A stretch of DNA of 64,000 bases, from the NCBI GenBank assembly GCA_964057225.1, contig OZ059900.1:21142001-21206000 (forward strand). Reading direction: 5' to 3'. Source of the stretch: Auanema rhodensis (Eukaryota; Animalia; Nematoda). The stretch's first letter is position 1; each line of letters begins with the position of its first letter. Shown one piece after another: positions 26,401 through 41,900 of this stretch. The position numbers and the translations under genes were made by a program. The notes beneath the pieces are model-generated. The model had not been told where the DNA came from. It saw only the letters and a program-made list of their open reading frames with translations, and searched no databases.

Positions 26401-29400
26401 CTAACCCCTGTTTTTTTGTCGTGAAAGTGGAACCAGACGTTGTACGAACAATTTTGAGCTAGGTTTCATTGACATTGCATGAGTTTGAACACATGAAATC
26501 GTAAGTCAAAACCTTGTTTACAGCGAAATTTCCAAAAACTGGTTTTCCAGCATAATAAAATATTTCTCATGGGTATTACTGTGTTTTTGTATTTTTCTAG
26601 TGTTCAGCATGTAAAATGCTTCATTTTAGTATGTAACACGCTGAAATTCGTTGCATTTGACGACTCATATGAACAAAAATCGATTTAATCAATATTAGCC
26701 ATAAGGGGCGTGCCCTCAGAATATGCTAATTTCCTTAATTTTCTAACCCCTGTTTTTTTGTCGTGAAAGTGGAACTAGACGTTGTACGAACAATTTTGAG
26801 CTAGGTTTCATTGACATTGCATGAGTTTGAACACATGAAATCGTAAGTCAAAACCTTGTTTACAGCGAAATTTCCAAAAACTGGTTTTCCAGCATAATAA
26901 AATATTTCTCATGGGAAATACTGTGTTTTTGTATTTTTCTAGTGTTCAGCATGTAAAATGCTTCATTTTAGTATGTAACACGCTGAAATTCGTTGCATTT
27001 GACGACTCATATGAACAAAAATCGATTTAATCAATATTAGCCATAAGGGGCGTGCCCTCAGAATATGCTAATTTCCTTAATTTTCTAACCCCTGTTTTTT
27101 TGTCGTGAAAGTGGAACCAGACGTTGTACGAACAATTTTGAGCTAGGTTTCATTGACATTGCATGAGTTTGAAAACATGAAATCGTAAGTCAAAACCTTG
27201 TTTACAGCGAAATTTCCAAAAACTGGTTTTCCAGCATAATAAAATATTTCTCATGGGAAATACTGTGTTTTTGTATTTTTCTAGTGTTCAGCATGTGAAA
27301 TGCTTCATTTTAGTATGTAACACGCTGAAATTCGTTGCATTTGACGACTCATATGAACAAAAATCGATTTAATCAATATTAGCCATAAGGGGCGTGCCCT
27401 CAGAATATGCTAATTTCCTTAATTTTCTAACCCCTGTTTTTTAGTCGTGAAAGTGGAACTAGACGTTGTACAAACAATTTTGAGCTAGGTTTCATTGACA
27501 TTGCATGAGTTTGAACACATGAAATCGTAAGTCAAAACCTTGTTTACAGCGAAATTTCCAAAAACTGGTTTTCCAGCATAATAAAATATTTCTCATGGGA
27601 AATACTGTGTTTTTGTATTTTTCTAGTGTTCAGCATGTAAAATGCTTCATTTTAGTATGTAACACGCTGAAATTCGTTGCATTTGACGACTCATATGAAC
27701 AAAAATCGATTTAATCAATATTAGCCATAAAGGGCGTGCCCTCAGAATATGCTAATTTCCTTAATTTTCTAACCCCTGTTTTTTTGTCGTGAAAGTGGAA
27801 CTAGACATTGTATTAACAATTTTGAGCTAGGTTTCATTGACATTGCATGAGTTTGAACACATGAAATCGTAAGTCAAAACCTTGTTTACAGCGAAATTTC
27901 CAAAAACTGGTTTTCCAGCATAATAAAATATTTCTCATGGGTATTACTGTGTTTTTGTATTTTTCTAGTGTTCAGCATGTAAAATGCTTCATTTTAGTAT
28001 GTAACACGCTGAAATTCGTTGCATTTGACGACTCATATGAACAAAAATCGATTTAATCAATATTAGCCATAAGGGGCGTGCCCTCAGAATATGCTAATTT
28101 CCTTAATTTTCTAACCCCTGTTTTTTTGTCGTGAAAGTGGAACTAGACGTTGTACGAACAATTTTGAGCTAGGTTTCATTGACATTGCATGAGTTTGAAC
28201 ACATGAAATCGTAAGTCAAAACCTTGTTTACAGCGAAATTTCCAAAAACTGGTTTTCCAGCATAATAAAATATTTCTCATGGGAAATACTGTGTTTTTGT
28301 ATTTTTCTAGTGTTCAGCATGTAAAATGCTTCATTTTAGTATGTAACACGCTGAAATTCGTTGCATTTGACGACTCATATGAACAAAAATCGATTTAATC
28401 AATATTAGCCATAAGGGGCGTGCCCTCAGAATATGCTAATTTCCTTAATTTTCTAACCCCTGTTTTTTAGTCGTGAAAGTGGAACTAGACGTTGTACGAA
28501 CATTTTTGAGCTAGGTTTCATTGACATTGCATGAGTTTGAACACATGAAATCGTAAGTCAAAACCTTGTTTACAGCGAAATTTCCAAAAACTGGTTTTCC
28601 AGCATAATAAAATATTTCTCATGGGAAATACTGTGTTTTTGTATTTTTCTAGTGTTCAGCATGTAAAATGCTTCATTTTAGTATGTAACACGCTGAAATT
28701 CGTTGCATTTGACGACTCATATGAACAAAAATCGATTTAATCAATATTAGCCATAAAGGGCGTGCCCTCAGAATATGCTAATTTCCTTAATTTTCTAACC
28801 CCTGTTTTTTTGTCGTGAAAGTGGAACTAGACATTGTATTAACAATTTTGAGCTAGGTTTCATTGACATTGCATGAGTTTGAACACATGAAATCGTAAGT
28901 CAAATCCTTGTTTACAGCGAAATTTCCAAAAACTGGTTTTCCAGCATAATAAAATATTTCTCATGGGTATTACTGTGTTTTTGTATTTTTCTAGTGTTCA
29001 GCATGTAAAATGCTTCATTTTAGTATGTAACACGCTGAAATTCGTTGCATTTGACGACTCATATGAACAAAAATCGATTTAATCAATATTAGCCATAAGG
29101 GGCGTGCCCTCAGAATATGCTAATTTCCTTAATTTTCTAACCCCTGTTTTTTTGTCGTGAAAGTGGAACTAGACGTTGTACGAACAATTTTGAGCTAGGT
29201 TTCATTGACATTGCATGAGTTTGAACACATGAAATCGTAAGTCAAAACCTTGTTTACAGCGAAATTTCCAAAAACTGGTTTTCCAGCATAATAAAATATT
29301 TCTCATGGGAAATACTGTGTTTTTGTATTTTTCTAGTGTTCAGCATGTAAAATGCTTCATTTTAGTATGTAACACGCTGAAATTCGTTGCATTTGACGAC

Positions 29401-29480
29401 TCATATGAACAAAAATCGATTTAATCAATATTAGCCATAAGGGGCGTGCCCTCAGAATATGCTAATTTCCTTAATTTTCT
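23490..29480 (-). repeat. Higher-order duplication with a 9-monomer (3078 bp) offset; edges approximate
   Basis: GGAACCAGA at 24040/27118; GACATTGTATTAAC at 24729/27807 and 25755/28833. Confidence 0.8.
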
Positions 29481-32400
29481 AACCCCTGTTTTTTTTTAGT
29501 CGTGAAAGTGGAACCAGACGTTGTACGAACAATTTTGAGCTAGGTTTCATTGACATTGCATGAGTTTGAACACATGAAATCGTAAGTCAAAACCTTGTTT
29601 ACAGCGAAATTTCCAAAAACTGGTTTTCCAGCATAATAAAATATTTCTCATGGGAAATACTGTGTTTTTGTATTTTTCTAGTGTTCAGCATGTGAAATGC
29701 TTCATTTTAGTATGTAACACGCTGAAATTCGTTGCATTTGACGACTCATATGAACAAAAATCGATTTAATCAATATTAGCCATAAGGGGCGTGCCCTCAG
29801 AATATGCTAATTTCCTTAATTTTCTAACCCCTGTTTTTTAGTAGTGAAAGTGGAACTAGACGTTGTACGAACAATTTTGAGCTAGGTTTCATTGACATTG
29901 CATGAGTTTGAACACATGAAATCGTAAGTCAAAACCTTGTTTACAGCGAAATTTCCAAAAACTGGTTTTCCAGCATAATAAAATATTTCTCATGGGAAAT
30001 ACTGTGTTTTTGTATTTTTCTAGTGTTCAGCATGTAAAATGCTTCATTTTAGTATGTAACACGCTGAAATTCGTTGCATTTGACGACTCATATGAACAAA
30101 AATCGATTTAATCAATATTAGCCATAAGGGGCGTGCCCTCAGAATATGCTAATTTCCTTAATTTTCTAACCCCTGTTTTTTTGTCGTGAAAGTGGAACTA
30201 GACGTTGTACGAACAATTTTGAGCTAGGTTTCATTGACATTGCATGAGTTTGAACACATGAAATCGTAAGTCAAAACCTTGTTTACAGCGAAATTTCCAA
30301 AAACTGGTTTTCCAGCATAATAAAATATTTCTCATGGGAAATACTGTGTTTTTGTATTTTTCTAGTGTTCAGCATGTAAAATGCTTCATTTTAGTATGTA
30401 ACACGCTGAAATTCGTTGCATTTGACGACTCATATGAACAAAAATCGATTTAATCAATATTAGCCATAAGGGGCGTGCCCTCAGAATATGCTAATTTCCT
30501 TAATTTTCTAACCCCTGTTTTTTTTTAGTCGTGAAAGTGGAACCAGACGTTGTACGAACAATTTTGAGCTAGGTTTCATTGACATTGCATGAGTTTGAAC
30601 ACATGAAATCGTAAGTCAAAACCTTGTTTACAGCGAAATTTCCAAAAACTGGTTTTCCAGCATAATAAAATATTTCTCATGGGAAATACTGTGTTTTTGT
30701 ATTTTTCTAGTGTTCAGCATGTGAAATGCTTCATTTTAGTATGTAACACGCTGAAATTTGTTGCATTTGACGACTCATATGAACAAAAATCGATTTAATC
30801 AATATTAGCCATAAGGGGCGTGCCCTCAGAATATGCTAATTTCCTTAATTTTCTAACCCCTGTTTTTTAGTCGTGAAAGTGGAACTAGACGTTGTACGAA
30901 CAATTTTGAGCTAGGTTTCATTGACATTGCATGAGTTTGAACACATGAAATCGTAAGTCAAAACCTTGTTTACAGCGAAATTTCCAAAAACTGGTTTTCC
31001 AGCATAATAAAATATTTCTCATGGGAAATACTGTGTTTTTGTATTTTTCTAGTGTTCAGCATGTAAAATGCTTCATTTTAGTATGTAACACGCTGAAATT
31101 CGTTGCATTTGACGACTCATATGAACAAAAATCGATTTAATCAATATTAGCCATAAAGGGCGTGCCCTCAGAATATGCTAATTTCCTTAATTTTCTAACC
31201 CCTGTTTTTTTGTCGTGAAAGTGGAACTAGACATTGTATTAACAATTTTGAGCTAGGTTTCATTGACATTGCATGAGTTTGAACACATGAAATCGTAAGT
31301 CAAAACCTTGTTTACAGCGAAATTTCCAAAAACTGGTTTTCCAGCATAATAAAATATTTCTCATGGGTATTACTGTGTTTTTGTATTTTTCTAGTGTTCA
31401 GCATGTAAAATGCTTCATTTTAGTATGTAACACGCTGAAATTCGTTGCATTTGACGACTCATATGAACAAAAATCGATTTAATCAATATTAGCCATAAGG
31501 AGCGTGCCCTCAGAATATGCTAATTTCCTTAATTTTCTAACCCCTGTTTTTTTGTCGTGAAAGTGGAACTAGACGTTGTACGAACAATTTTGAGCTAGGT
31601 TTCATTGACATTGCATGAGTTTGAACACATGAAATCGTAAGTCAAAACCTTGTTTACAGCGAAATTTCCAAAAACTGGTTTTCCAGCATAATAAAATATT
31701 TCTCATGGGAAATACTGTGTTTTTGTATTTTTCTAGTGTTCAGCATGTAAAATGCTTCATTTTAGTATGTAACACGCTGAAATTCGTTGCATTTGACGAC
31801 TCATATGAACAAAAATCGATTTAATCAATATTAGCCATAAGGGGCGTGCCCTCAGAATATGCTAATTTCCTTAATTTTCTAACCCCTGTTTTTTTGTCGT
31901 GAAAGTGGAACCAGACGTTGTACGAACAATTTTGAGCTAGGTTTCATTGACATTGCATGAGTTTGAACACATGAAATCGTAAGTCAAAACCTTGTTTACA
32001 GCGAAATTTCCAAAAACTGGTTTTCCAGCATAATAAAATATTTCTCATGGGTATTACTGTGTTTTTGTATTTTTCTAGTGTTCAGCATGTGAAATGCTTC
32101 ATTTTAGTATGTAACACGCTGAAATTCGTTGCATTTGACGACTCATATGAACAAAAATCGATTTAATCAATATTAGCCATAAAGGGCGTGCCCTCAGAAT
32201 ATGCTAATTTCCTTAATTTTCTAACCCCTGTTTTTTTGTCGGGAAAGTGGAACTAGACGTTGTAGGAACAATTTTGAGCTAGGTTTCATTGACATTGCAT
32301 GAGTTTGAACACATGAAATCGTAAGTCAAAACCTTGTTTACAGCGAAATTTCCAAAAACTGGTTTTCCAGCATAATAAAATATTTCTCATGGGAAATACT

Positions 32401-32954
32401 GTGTTTTTGTATTTTTCTAGTGTTCAGCATGTAAAATGCTTCATTTTAGTATGTAACACGCTGAAATTCGTTGCATTTGACGACTCATATGAACAAAAAT
32501 CGATTTAATCAATATTAGCCATAAGGGGCGTGCCCTCAGAATATGCTAATTTCCTTAATTTTCTAACCCCTGTTTTTTTGTCGTGAAAGTGGAACTAGAC
32601 GTTGTACGAACAATTTTGAGCTAGGTTTCATTGACATTGCATGAGTTTGAACACATGAAATCGTAAGTCAAAACCTTGTTTACAGCGAAATTTCCAAAAA
32701 CTGGTTTTCCAGCATAATAAAATATTTCTCATGGGAAATACTGTGTTTTTGTATTTTTCTAGTGTTCAGCATGTGAAATGCTTCATTTTAGTATGTAACA
32801 CGCTGAAATTCGTTGCATTTGACGACTCATATGAACAAAAATCGATTTAATCAATATTAGCCATAAGGGGCGTGCCCTCAGAATATGCTAATTTCCTTAA
32901 TTTTCTAACCCCTGTTTTTTTGTCGTGAAAGTGGAACCAGACGTTGTACGAACA

Positions 32955-35900
32955 ATTTTGAGCTAGGTTTCATTGACATTGCATGAGTTTGAACACATGA
33001 AATCGTAAGTCAAAACCTTGTTTACAGCGAAATTTCCAAAAACTGGTTTTCCAGCATAATAAAATATTTCTCATGGGTATTACTGTGTTTTTGTATTTTT
33101 CTAGTGTTCAGCATGTGAAATGCTTCATTTTAGTATGTAACACGCTGAAATTCGTTGCATTTGACGACTCATATGAACAAAAATCGATTTAATCAATATT
33201 AGCCATAAAGGGCGTGCCCTCAGAATATGCTAATTTCCTTAATTTTCTAACCCCTGTTTTTTTGTCGTGAAAGTGGAACTAGACGTTGTAGGAACAATTT
33301 TGAGCTAGGTTTCATTGACATTGCATGAGTTTGAACACATGAAATCGTAAGTCAAAACCTTGTTTACAGCGAAATTTCCAAAAACTGGTTTTCCAGCATA
33401 ATAAAATATTTCTCATGGGAAATACTGTGTTTTTGTATTTTTCTAGTGTTCAGCATGTAAAATGCTTCATTTTAGTATGTAACACGCTGAAATTCGTTGC
33501 ATTTGACGACTCATATGAACAAAAATCGATTTAATCAATATTAGCCATAGGGGGCGTGCCCTCAGAATATGCTAATTTCCTTAATTTTCTAACCCCTGTT
33601 TTTTTGTCGTGAAAGTGGAACTAGACGTTGTACGAACAATTTTGAGCTAGGTTTCATTGACATTGCATGAGTTTGAACACATGAAATCGTAAGTCAAAAC
33701 CTTGTTTACAGCGAAATTTCCAAAAACTGGTTTTCCAGCATAATAAAATATTTCTCATGGGAAATACTGTGTTTTTGTATTTTTCTAGTGTTCAGCATGT
33801 AAAATGCTTCATTTTAGTATGTAACACTCTGAAATTCGTTGCATTTGACGACTCATATGAACAAAAATCGATTTAATCAATATTAGCCATAAGGGGCGTG
33901 CCCTCAGAATATGCTAATTTCCTTAATTTTCTAACCCCTGTTTTTTTTTAGTCGTGAAAGTGGAACCAGACGTTGTACGAACAATTTTGAGCTAGGTTTC
34001 ATTGACATTGCATGAGTTTGAACACATGAAATCGTAAGTCAAAACCTTGTTTACAGCGAAATTTCCAAAAACTGGTTTTCCAGCATAATAAAATATTTCT
34101 CATGGGAAATACTGTGTTTTTGTATTTTTCTAGTGTTCAGCATGTGAAATGCTTCATTTTAGTATGTAACACGCTGAAATTCGTTGCATTTGACGACTCA
34201 TATGAACAAAAATCGATTTAATCAATATTAGCCATAAGGGGCGTGCCCTCAGAATATGCTAATTTCCTTAATTTTCTAACCCCTGTTTTTTTGTCGTGAA
34301 AGTGGAACTAGACGTTGTACGAACAATTTTGAGCTAGGTTTCATTGACATTGCATGAGTTTGAACACATGAAATCGTAAGTCAAAACCTTGTTTACAGCG
34401 AAATTTCCAAAAACTGGTTTTCCAGCATAATAAAATATTTCTCATGGGAAATACTGTGTTTTTGTATTTTTCTAGTGTTCAGCATGTAAAATGCTTCATT
34501 TTAGTATGTAACACGCTGAAATTCGTTGCATTTGACGACTCATATGAACAAAAATCGATTTAATCAATATTAGCCATAAGGGGCGTGCCCTCAGAATATG
34601 CTAATTTCCTTAATTTTCTAACCCCTGTTTTTTTGTCGTGAAAGTGGAACCAGACGTTGTACGAACAATTTTGAGCTAGGTTTCATTGACATTGCATGAG
34701 TTTGAACACATGGAATCGTAAGTCAAAACCTTGTTTACAGCGAAATTTCCAAAAACTGGTTTTCCAGCATAATAAAATATTTCTCATGGGTATTACTGTG
34801 TTTTTGTATTTTTCTAGTGTTCAGCATGTGAAATGCTTCATTTTAGTATGTAACACGCTGAAATTCGTTGCATTTGACGACTCATATGAACAAAAATCGA
34901 TTTAATCAATATTAGCCATAAAGGGCGTGCCCTCAGAATATGCTAATTTCCTTAATTTTCTAACCCCTGTTTTTTTGTCGTGAAAGTGGAACTAGACGTT
35001 GTAGGAACAATTTTGAGCTAGGTTTCATTGACATTGCATGAGTTTGAACACATGAAATCGTAAGTCAAAACCTTGTTTACAGCGAAATTTCCAAAAACTG
35101 GTTTTCCAGCATAATAAAATATTTCTCATGGGAAATACTGTGTTTTTGTATTTTTCTAGTGTTCAGCATGTAAAATGCTTCATTTTAGTATGTAACACGC
35201 TGAAATTCGTTGCATTTGACGACTCATATGAACAAAAATCGATTTAATCAATATTAGCCATAAGGGGCGTGCCCTCAGAATATGCTAATTTCCTTAATTT
35301 TCTAACCCCTGTTTTTTTGTCGTGAAAGTGGAACTAGACGTTGTACGAACAATTTTGAGCTAGGTTTCATTGACATTGCATGAGTTTGAACACATGAAAT
35401 CGTAAGTCAAAACCTTGTTTACAGCGAAATTTCCAAAAACTGGTTTTCCAGCATAATAAAATATTTCTCATGGGAAATACTGTGTTTTTGTATTTTTCTA
35501 GTGTTCAGCATGTGAAATGCTTCATTTTAGTATGTAACACGCTGAAATTCGTTGCATTTGACGACTCATATGAACAAAAATCGATTTAATCAATATTAGC
35601 CATAAGGGGCGTGCCCTCAGAATATGCTAATTTCCTTAATTTTCTAACCCCTGTTTTTTTGTCGTGAAAGTGGAACCAGACGTTGTACGAACAATTTTGA
35701 GCTAGGTTTCATTGACATTGCATGAGTTTGAACACATGAAATCGTAAGTCAAAACCTTGTTTACAGCGAAATTTCCAAAAACTGGTTTTCCAGCATAATA
35801 AAATATTTCTCATGGGTATTACTGTGTTTTTGTATTTTTCTAGTGTTCAGCATGTGAAATGCTTCATTTTAGTATGTAACACGCTGAAATTCGTTGCATT

Positions 35901-38900
35901 TGACGACTCATATGAACAAAAATCGATTTAATCAATATTAGCCATAAAGGGCGTGCCCTCAGAATATGCTAATTTCCTTAATTTTCTAACCCCTGTTTTT
36001 TTGTCGTGAAAGTGGAACTAGACGTTGTAGGAACAATTTTGAGCTAGGTTTCATTGACATTGCATGAGTTTGAACACATGAAATCGTAAGTCAAAACCTT
36101 GTTTACAGCGAAATTTCCAAAAACTGGTTTTCCAGCATAATAAAATATTTCTCATGGGAAATACTGTGTTTTTGTATTTTTCTAGTGTTCAGCATGTAAA
36201 ATGCTTCATTTTAGTATGTAACACGCTGAAATTCGTTGCATTTGACGACTCATATGAACAAAAATCGATTTAATCAATATTAGCCATAGGGGGCGTGCCC
36301 TCAGAATATGCTAATTTCCTTAATTTTCTAACCCCTGTTTTTTTGTCGTGAAAGTGGAACTAGACGTTGTACGAACAATTTTGAGCTAGGTTTCATTGAC
36401 ATTGCATGAGTTTGAACACATGAAATCGTAAGTCAAAACCTTGTTTACAGCGAAATTTCCAAAAACTGGTTTTCCAGCATAATAAAATATTTCTCATGGG
36501 AAATACTGTGTTTTTGTATTTTTCTAGTGTTCAGCATGTAAAATGCTTCATTTTAGTATGTAACACGCTGAAATTCGTTGCATTTGACGACTCATATGAA
36601 CAAAAATCGATTTAATCAATATTAGCCATAAAGGGCGTGCCCTCAGAATATGCTAATTTCCTTAATTTTCTAACCCCTGTTTTTTTGTCGTGAAAGTGGA
36701 ACTAGACGTTGTAGGAACAATTTTGAGCTAGGTTTCATTGACATTGCATGAGTTTGAACACATGAAATCGTAAGTCAAAACCTTGTTTACAGCGAAATTT
36801 CCAAAAACTGGTTTTCCAGCATAATAAAATATTTCTCATGGGAAATACTGTGTTTTTGTATTTTTCTAGTGTTCAGCATGTAAAATGCTTCATTTTAGTA
36901 TGTAACACGCTGAAATTCGTTGCATTTGACGACTCATATGAACAAAAATCGATTTAATCAATATTAGCCATAAAGGGCGTGCCCTCAGAATATGCTAATT
37001 TCCTTAATTTTCTAACCCCTGTTTTTTTGTCGTGAAAGTGGAACTAGACATTGTATTAACAATTTTGAGCTAGGTTTCATTGACATTGCATGAGTTTGAA
37101 CACATGAAATCGTAAGTCAAAACCTTGTTTACAGCGAAATTTCCAAAAACTGGTTTTCCAGCATAATAAAATATTTCTCATGGGTATTACTGTGTTTTTG
37201 TATTTTTCTAGTGTTCAGCATGTAAAATGCTTCATTTTAGTATGTAACACGCTGAAATTCGTTGCATTTGACGACTCATATGAACAAAAATCGATTTAAT
37301 CAATATTAGCCATAAGGGGCGTGCCCTCAGAATATGCTAATTTCCTTAATTTTCTAACCCCTGTTTTTTTGTCGTGAAAGTGGAACTAGACGTTGTACGA
37401 ACAATTTTGAGCTAGGTTTCATTGACATTGCATGAGTTTGAACACATGAAATCGTAAGTCAAAACCTTGTTTACAGCGAAATTTCCAAAAACTGGTTTTC
37501 CAGCATAATAAAATATTTCTCATGGGAAATACTGTGTTTTTGTATTTTTCTAGTGTTCAGCATGTAAAATGCTTCATTTTAGTATGTAACACGCTGAAAT
37601 TCGTTGCATTTGACGACTCATATGAACAAAAATCGATTTAATCAATATTAGCCATAAGGGGCGTGCCCTCAGAATATGCTAATTTCCTTAATTTTCTAAC
37701 CCCTGTTTTTTTTTAGTCGTGAAAGTGGAACCAGACGTTGTACAAACAATTTTGAGCTAGGTTTCATTGACATTGCATGAGTTTGAACACATGAAATCGT
37801 AAGTCAAAACCTTGTTTACAGCGAAATTTCCAAAAACTGGTTTTCCAGCATAATAAAATATTTCTCATGGGTATTACTGTGTTTTTGTATTTTTCTAGTG
37901 TTCAGCATGTGAAATGCTTCATTTTAGTATGTAACACGCTGAAATTCGTTGCATTTGACGACTCATATGAACAAAAATCGATTTAATCAATATTAGCCAT
38001 AAAGGGCGTGCCCTCAGAATATGCTAATTTCCTTAATTTTCTAACCCCTGTTTTTTTGTCGTGAAAGTGGAACTAGACGTTGTAGGAACAATTTTGAGCT
38101 AGGTTTCATTGACATTGCATGAGTTTGAACACATGAAATCGTAAGTCAAAACCTTGTTTACAGCGAAATTTCCAAAAACTGGTTTTCCAGCATAATAAAA
38201 TATTTCTCATGGGAAATACTGTGTTTTTGTATTTTTCTAGTGTTCAGCATGTAAAATGCTTCATTTTAGTATGTAACACGCTGAAATTCGTTGCATTTGA
38301 CGACTCATATGAACAAAAATCGATTTAATCAATATTAGCCATAGGGGGCGTGCCCTCAGAATATGCTAATTTCCTTAATTTTCTAACCCCTGTTTTTTTG
38401 TCGTGAAAGTGGAACTAGACGTTGTACGAACAATTTTGAGCTAGGTTTCATTGACATTGCATGAGTTTGAACACATGAAATCGTAAGTCAAAACCTTGTT
38501 TACAGCGAAATTTCCAAAAACTGGTTTTCCAGCATAATAAAATATTTCTCATGGGAAATACTGTGTTTTTGTATTTTTCTAGTGTTCAGCATGTAAAATG
38601 CTTCATTTTAGTATGTAACACGCTGAAATTCGTTGCATTTGACGACTCATATGAACAAAAATCGATTTAATCAATATTAGCCATAAGGGGCGTGCCCTCA
38701 GAATATGCTAATTTCCTTAATTTTCTAACCCCTGTTTTTTTTTAGTCGTGAAAGTGGAACCAGACGTTGTACGAACAATTTTGAGCTAGGTTTCATTGAC
38801 ATTGCATGAGTTTGAACACATGAAATCGTAAGTCAAAACCTTGTTTACAGCGAAATTTCCAAAAACTGGTTTTCCAGCATAATAAAATATTTCTCATGGG

Positions 38901-41900
38901 AAATACTGTGTTTTTGTATTTTTCTAGTGTTCAGCATGTGAAATGCTTCATTTTAGTATGTAACACGCTGAAATTCGTTGCATTTGACGACTCATATGAA
39001 CAAAAATCGATTTAATCAATATTAGCCATAAGGGGCGTGCCCTCAGAATATGCTAATTTCCTTAATTTTCTAACCCCTGTTTTTTTGTCGTGAAAGTGGA
39101 ACTAGACGTTGTACGAACAATTTTGAGCTAGGTTTCATTGACATTGCATGAGTTTGAACACATGAAATCGTAAGTCAAAACCTTGTTTACAGCGAAATTT
39201 CCAAAAACTGGTTTTCCAGCATAATAAAATATTTCTCATGGGAAATACTGTGTTTTTGTATTTTTCTAGTGTTCAGCATGTAAAATGCTTCATTTTAGTA
39301 TGTAACACGCTGAAATTCGTTGCATTTGACGACTCATATGAACAAAAATCGATTTAATCAATATTAGCCATAAGGGGCGTGCCCTCAGAATATGCTAATT
39401 TCCTTAATTTTCTAACCCCTGTTTTTTTGTCGTGAAAGTGGAACCAGACGTTGTACGAACAATTTTGAGCTAGGTTTCATTGACATTGCATGAGTTTGAA
39501 CACATGAAATCGTAAGTCAAAACCTTGTTTACAGCGAAATTTCCAAAAACTGGTTTTCCAGCATAATAAAATATTTCTCATGGGTATTACTGTGTTTTTG
39601 TATTTTTCTAGTGTTCAGCATGTGAAATGCTTCATTTTAGTATGTAACACGCTGAAATTCGTTGCATTTGACGACTCATATGAACAAAAATCGATTTAAT
39701 CAATATTAGCCATAAAGGGCGTGCCCTCAGAATATGCTAATTTCCTTAATTTTCTAACCCCTGTTTTTTTGTCGTGAAAGTGGAACTAGACGTTGTAGGA
39801 ACAATTTTGAGCTAGGTTTCATTGACATTGCATGAGTTTGAACACATGAAATCGTAAGTCAAAACCTTGTTTACAGCGAAATTTCCAAAAACTGGTTTTC
39901 CAGCATAATAAAATATTTCTCATGGGAAATACTGTGTTTTTGTATTTTTCTAGTGTTCAGCATGTAAAATGCTTCATTTTAGTATGTAACACGCTGAAAT
40001 TCGTTGCATTTGACGACTCATATGAACAAAAATCGATTTAATCAATATTAGCCATAAGGGGCGTGCCCTCAGAATATGCTAATTTCCTTAATTTTCTAAC
40101 CCCTGTTTTTTTGTCGTGAAAGTGGAACTAGACGTTGTACGAACAATTTTGAGCTAGGTTTCATTGACATTGCATGAGTTTGAACACATGAAATCGTAAG
40201 TCAAAACCTTGTTTACAGCGAAATTTCCAAAAACTGGTTTTCCAGCATAATAAAATATTTCTCATGGGAAATACTGTGTTTTTGTATTTTTCTAGTGTTC
40301 AGCATGTGAAATGCTTCATTTTAGTATGTAACACGCTGAAATTCGTTGCATTTGACGACTCATATGAACAAAAATCGATTTAATCAATATTAGCCATAAG
40401 GGGCGTGCCCTCAGAATATGCTAATTTCCTTAATTTTCTAACCCCTGTTTTTTTGTCGTGAAAGTGGAACCAGACGTTGTACGAACAATTTTGAGCTAGG
40501 TTTCATTGACATTGCATGAGTTTGAACACATGAAATCGTAAGTCAAAACCTTGTTTACAGCGAAATTTCCAAAAACTGGTTTTCCAGCATAATAAAATAT
40601 TTCTCATGGGTATTACTGTGTTTTTGTATTTTTCTAGTGTTCAGCATGTGAAATGCTTCATTTTAGTATGTAACACGCTGAAATTCGTTGCATTTGACGA
40701 CTCATATGAACAAAAATCGATTTAATCAATATTAGCCATAAAGGGCGTGCCCTCAGAATATGCTAATTTCCTTAATTTTCTAACCCCTGTTTTTTTGTCG
40801 TGAAAGTGGAACTAGACGTTGTAGGAACAATTTTGAGCTAGGTTTCATTGACATTGCATGAGTTTGAACACATGAAATCGTAAGTCAAAACCTTGTTTAC
40901 AGCGAAATTTCCAAAAACTGGTTTTCCAGCATAATAAAATATTTCTCATGGGAAATACTGTGTTTTTGTATTTTTCTAGTGTTCAGCATGTAAAATGCTT
41001 CATTTTAGTATGTAACACGCTGAAATTCGTTGCATTTGACGACTCATATGAACAAAAATCGATTTAATCAATATTAGCCATAGGGGGCGTGCCCTCAGAA
41101 TATGCTAATTTCCTTAATTTTCTAACCCCTGTTTTTTTGTCGTGAAAGTGGAACTAGACGTTGTACGAACAATTTTGAGCTAGGTTTCATTGACATTGCA
41201 TGAGTTTGAACACATGAAATCGTAAGTCAAAACCTTGTTTACAGCGAAATTTCCAAAAACTGGTTTTCCAGCATAATAAAATATTTCTCATGGGAAATAC
41301 TGTGTTTTTGTATTTTTCTAGTGTTCAGCATGTAAAATGCTTCATTTTAGTATGTAACACGCTGAAATTCGTTGCATTTGACGACTCATATGAACAAAAA
41401 TCGATTTAATCAATATTAGCCATAAAGGGCGTGCCCTCAGAATATGCTAATTTCCTTAATTTTCTAACCCCTGTTTTTTTGTCGTGAAAGTGGAACTAGA
41501 CGTTGTAGGAACAATTTTGAGCTAGGTTTCATTGACATTGCATGAGTTTGAACACATGAAATCGTAAGTCAAAACCTTGTTTACAGCGAAATTTCCAAAA
41601 ACTGGTTTTCCAGCATAATAAAATATTTCTCATGGGAAATACTGTGTTTTTGTATTTTTCTAGTGTTCAGCATGTAAAATGCTTCATTTTAGTATGTAAC
41701 ACGCTGAAATTCGTTGCATTTGACGACTCATATGAACAAAAATCGATTTAATCAATATTAGCCATAAAGGGCGTGCCCTCAGAATATGCTAATTTCCTTA
41801 ATTTTCTAACCCCTGTTTTTTTGTCGTGAAAGTGGAACTAGACATTGTATTAACAATTTTGAGCTAGGTTTCATTGACATTGCATGAGTTTGAACACATG

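Noticed and set aside
34696-34905. 69-aa ORF on the + strand
   Set aside because: It is plain satellite sequence, opened by a private A>G at 34713 (TGA>TGG) that is absent from the duplicated copy 4794 bp downstream. No recognisable protein features.
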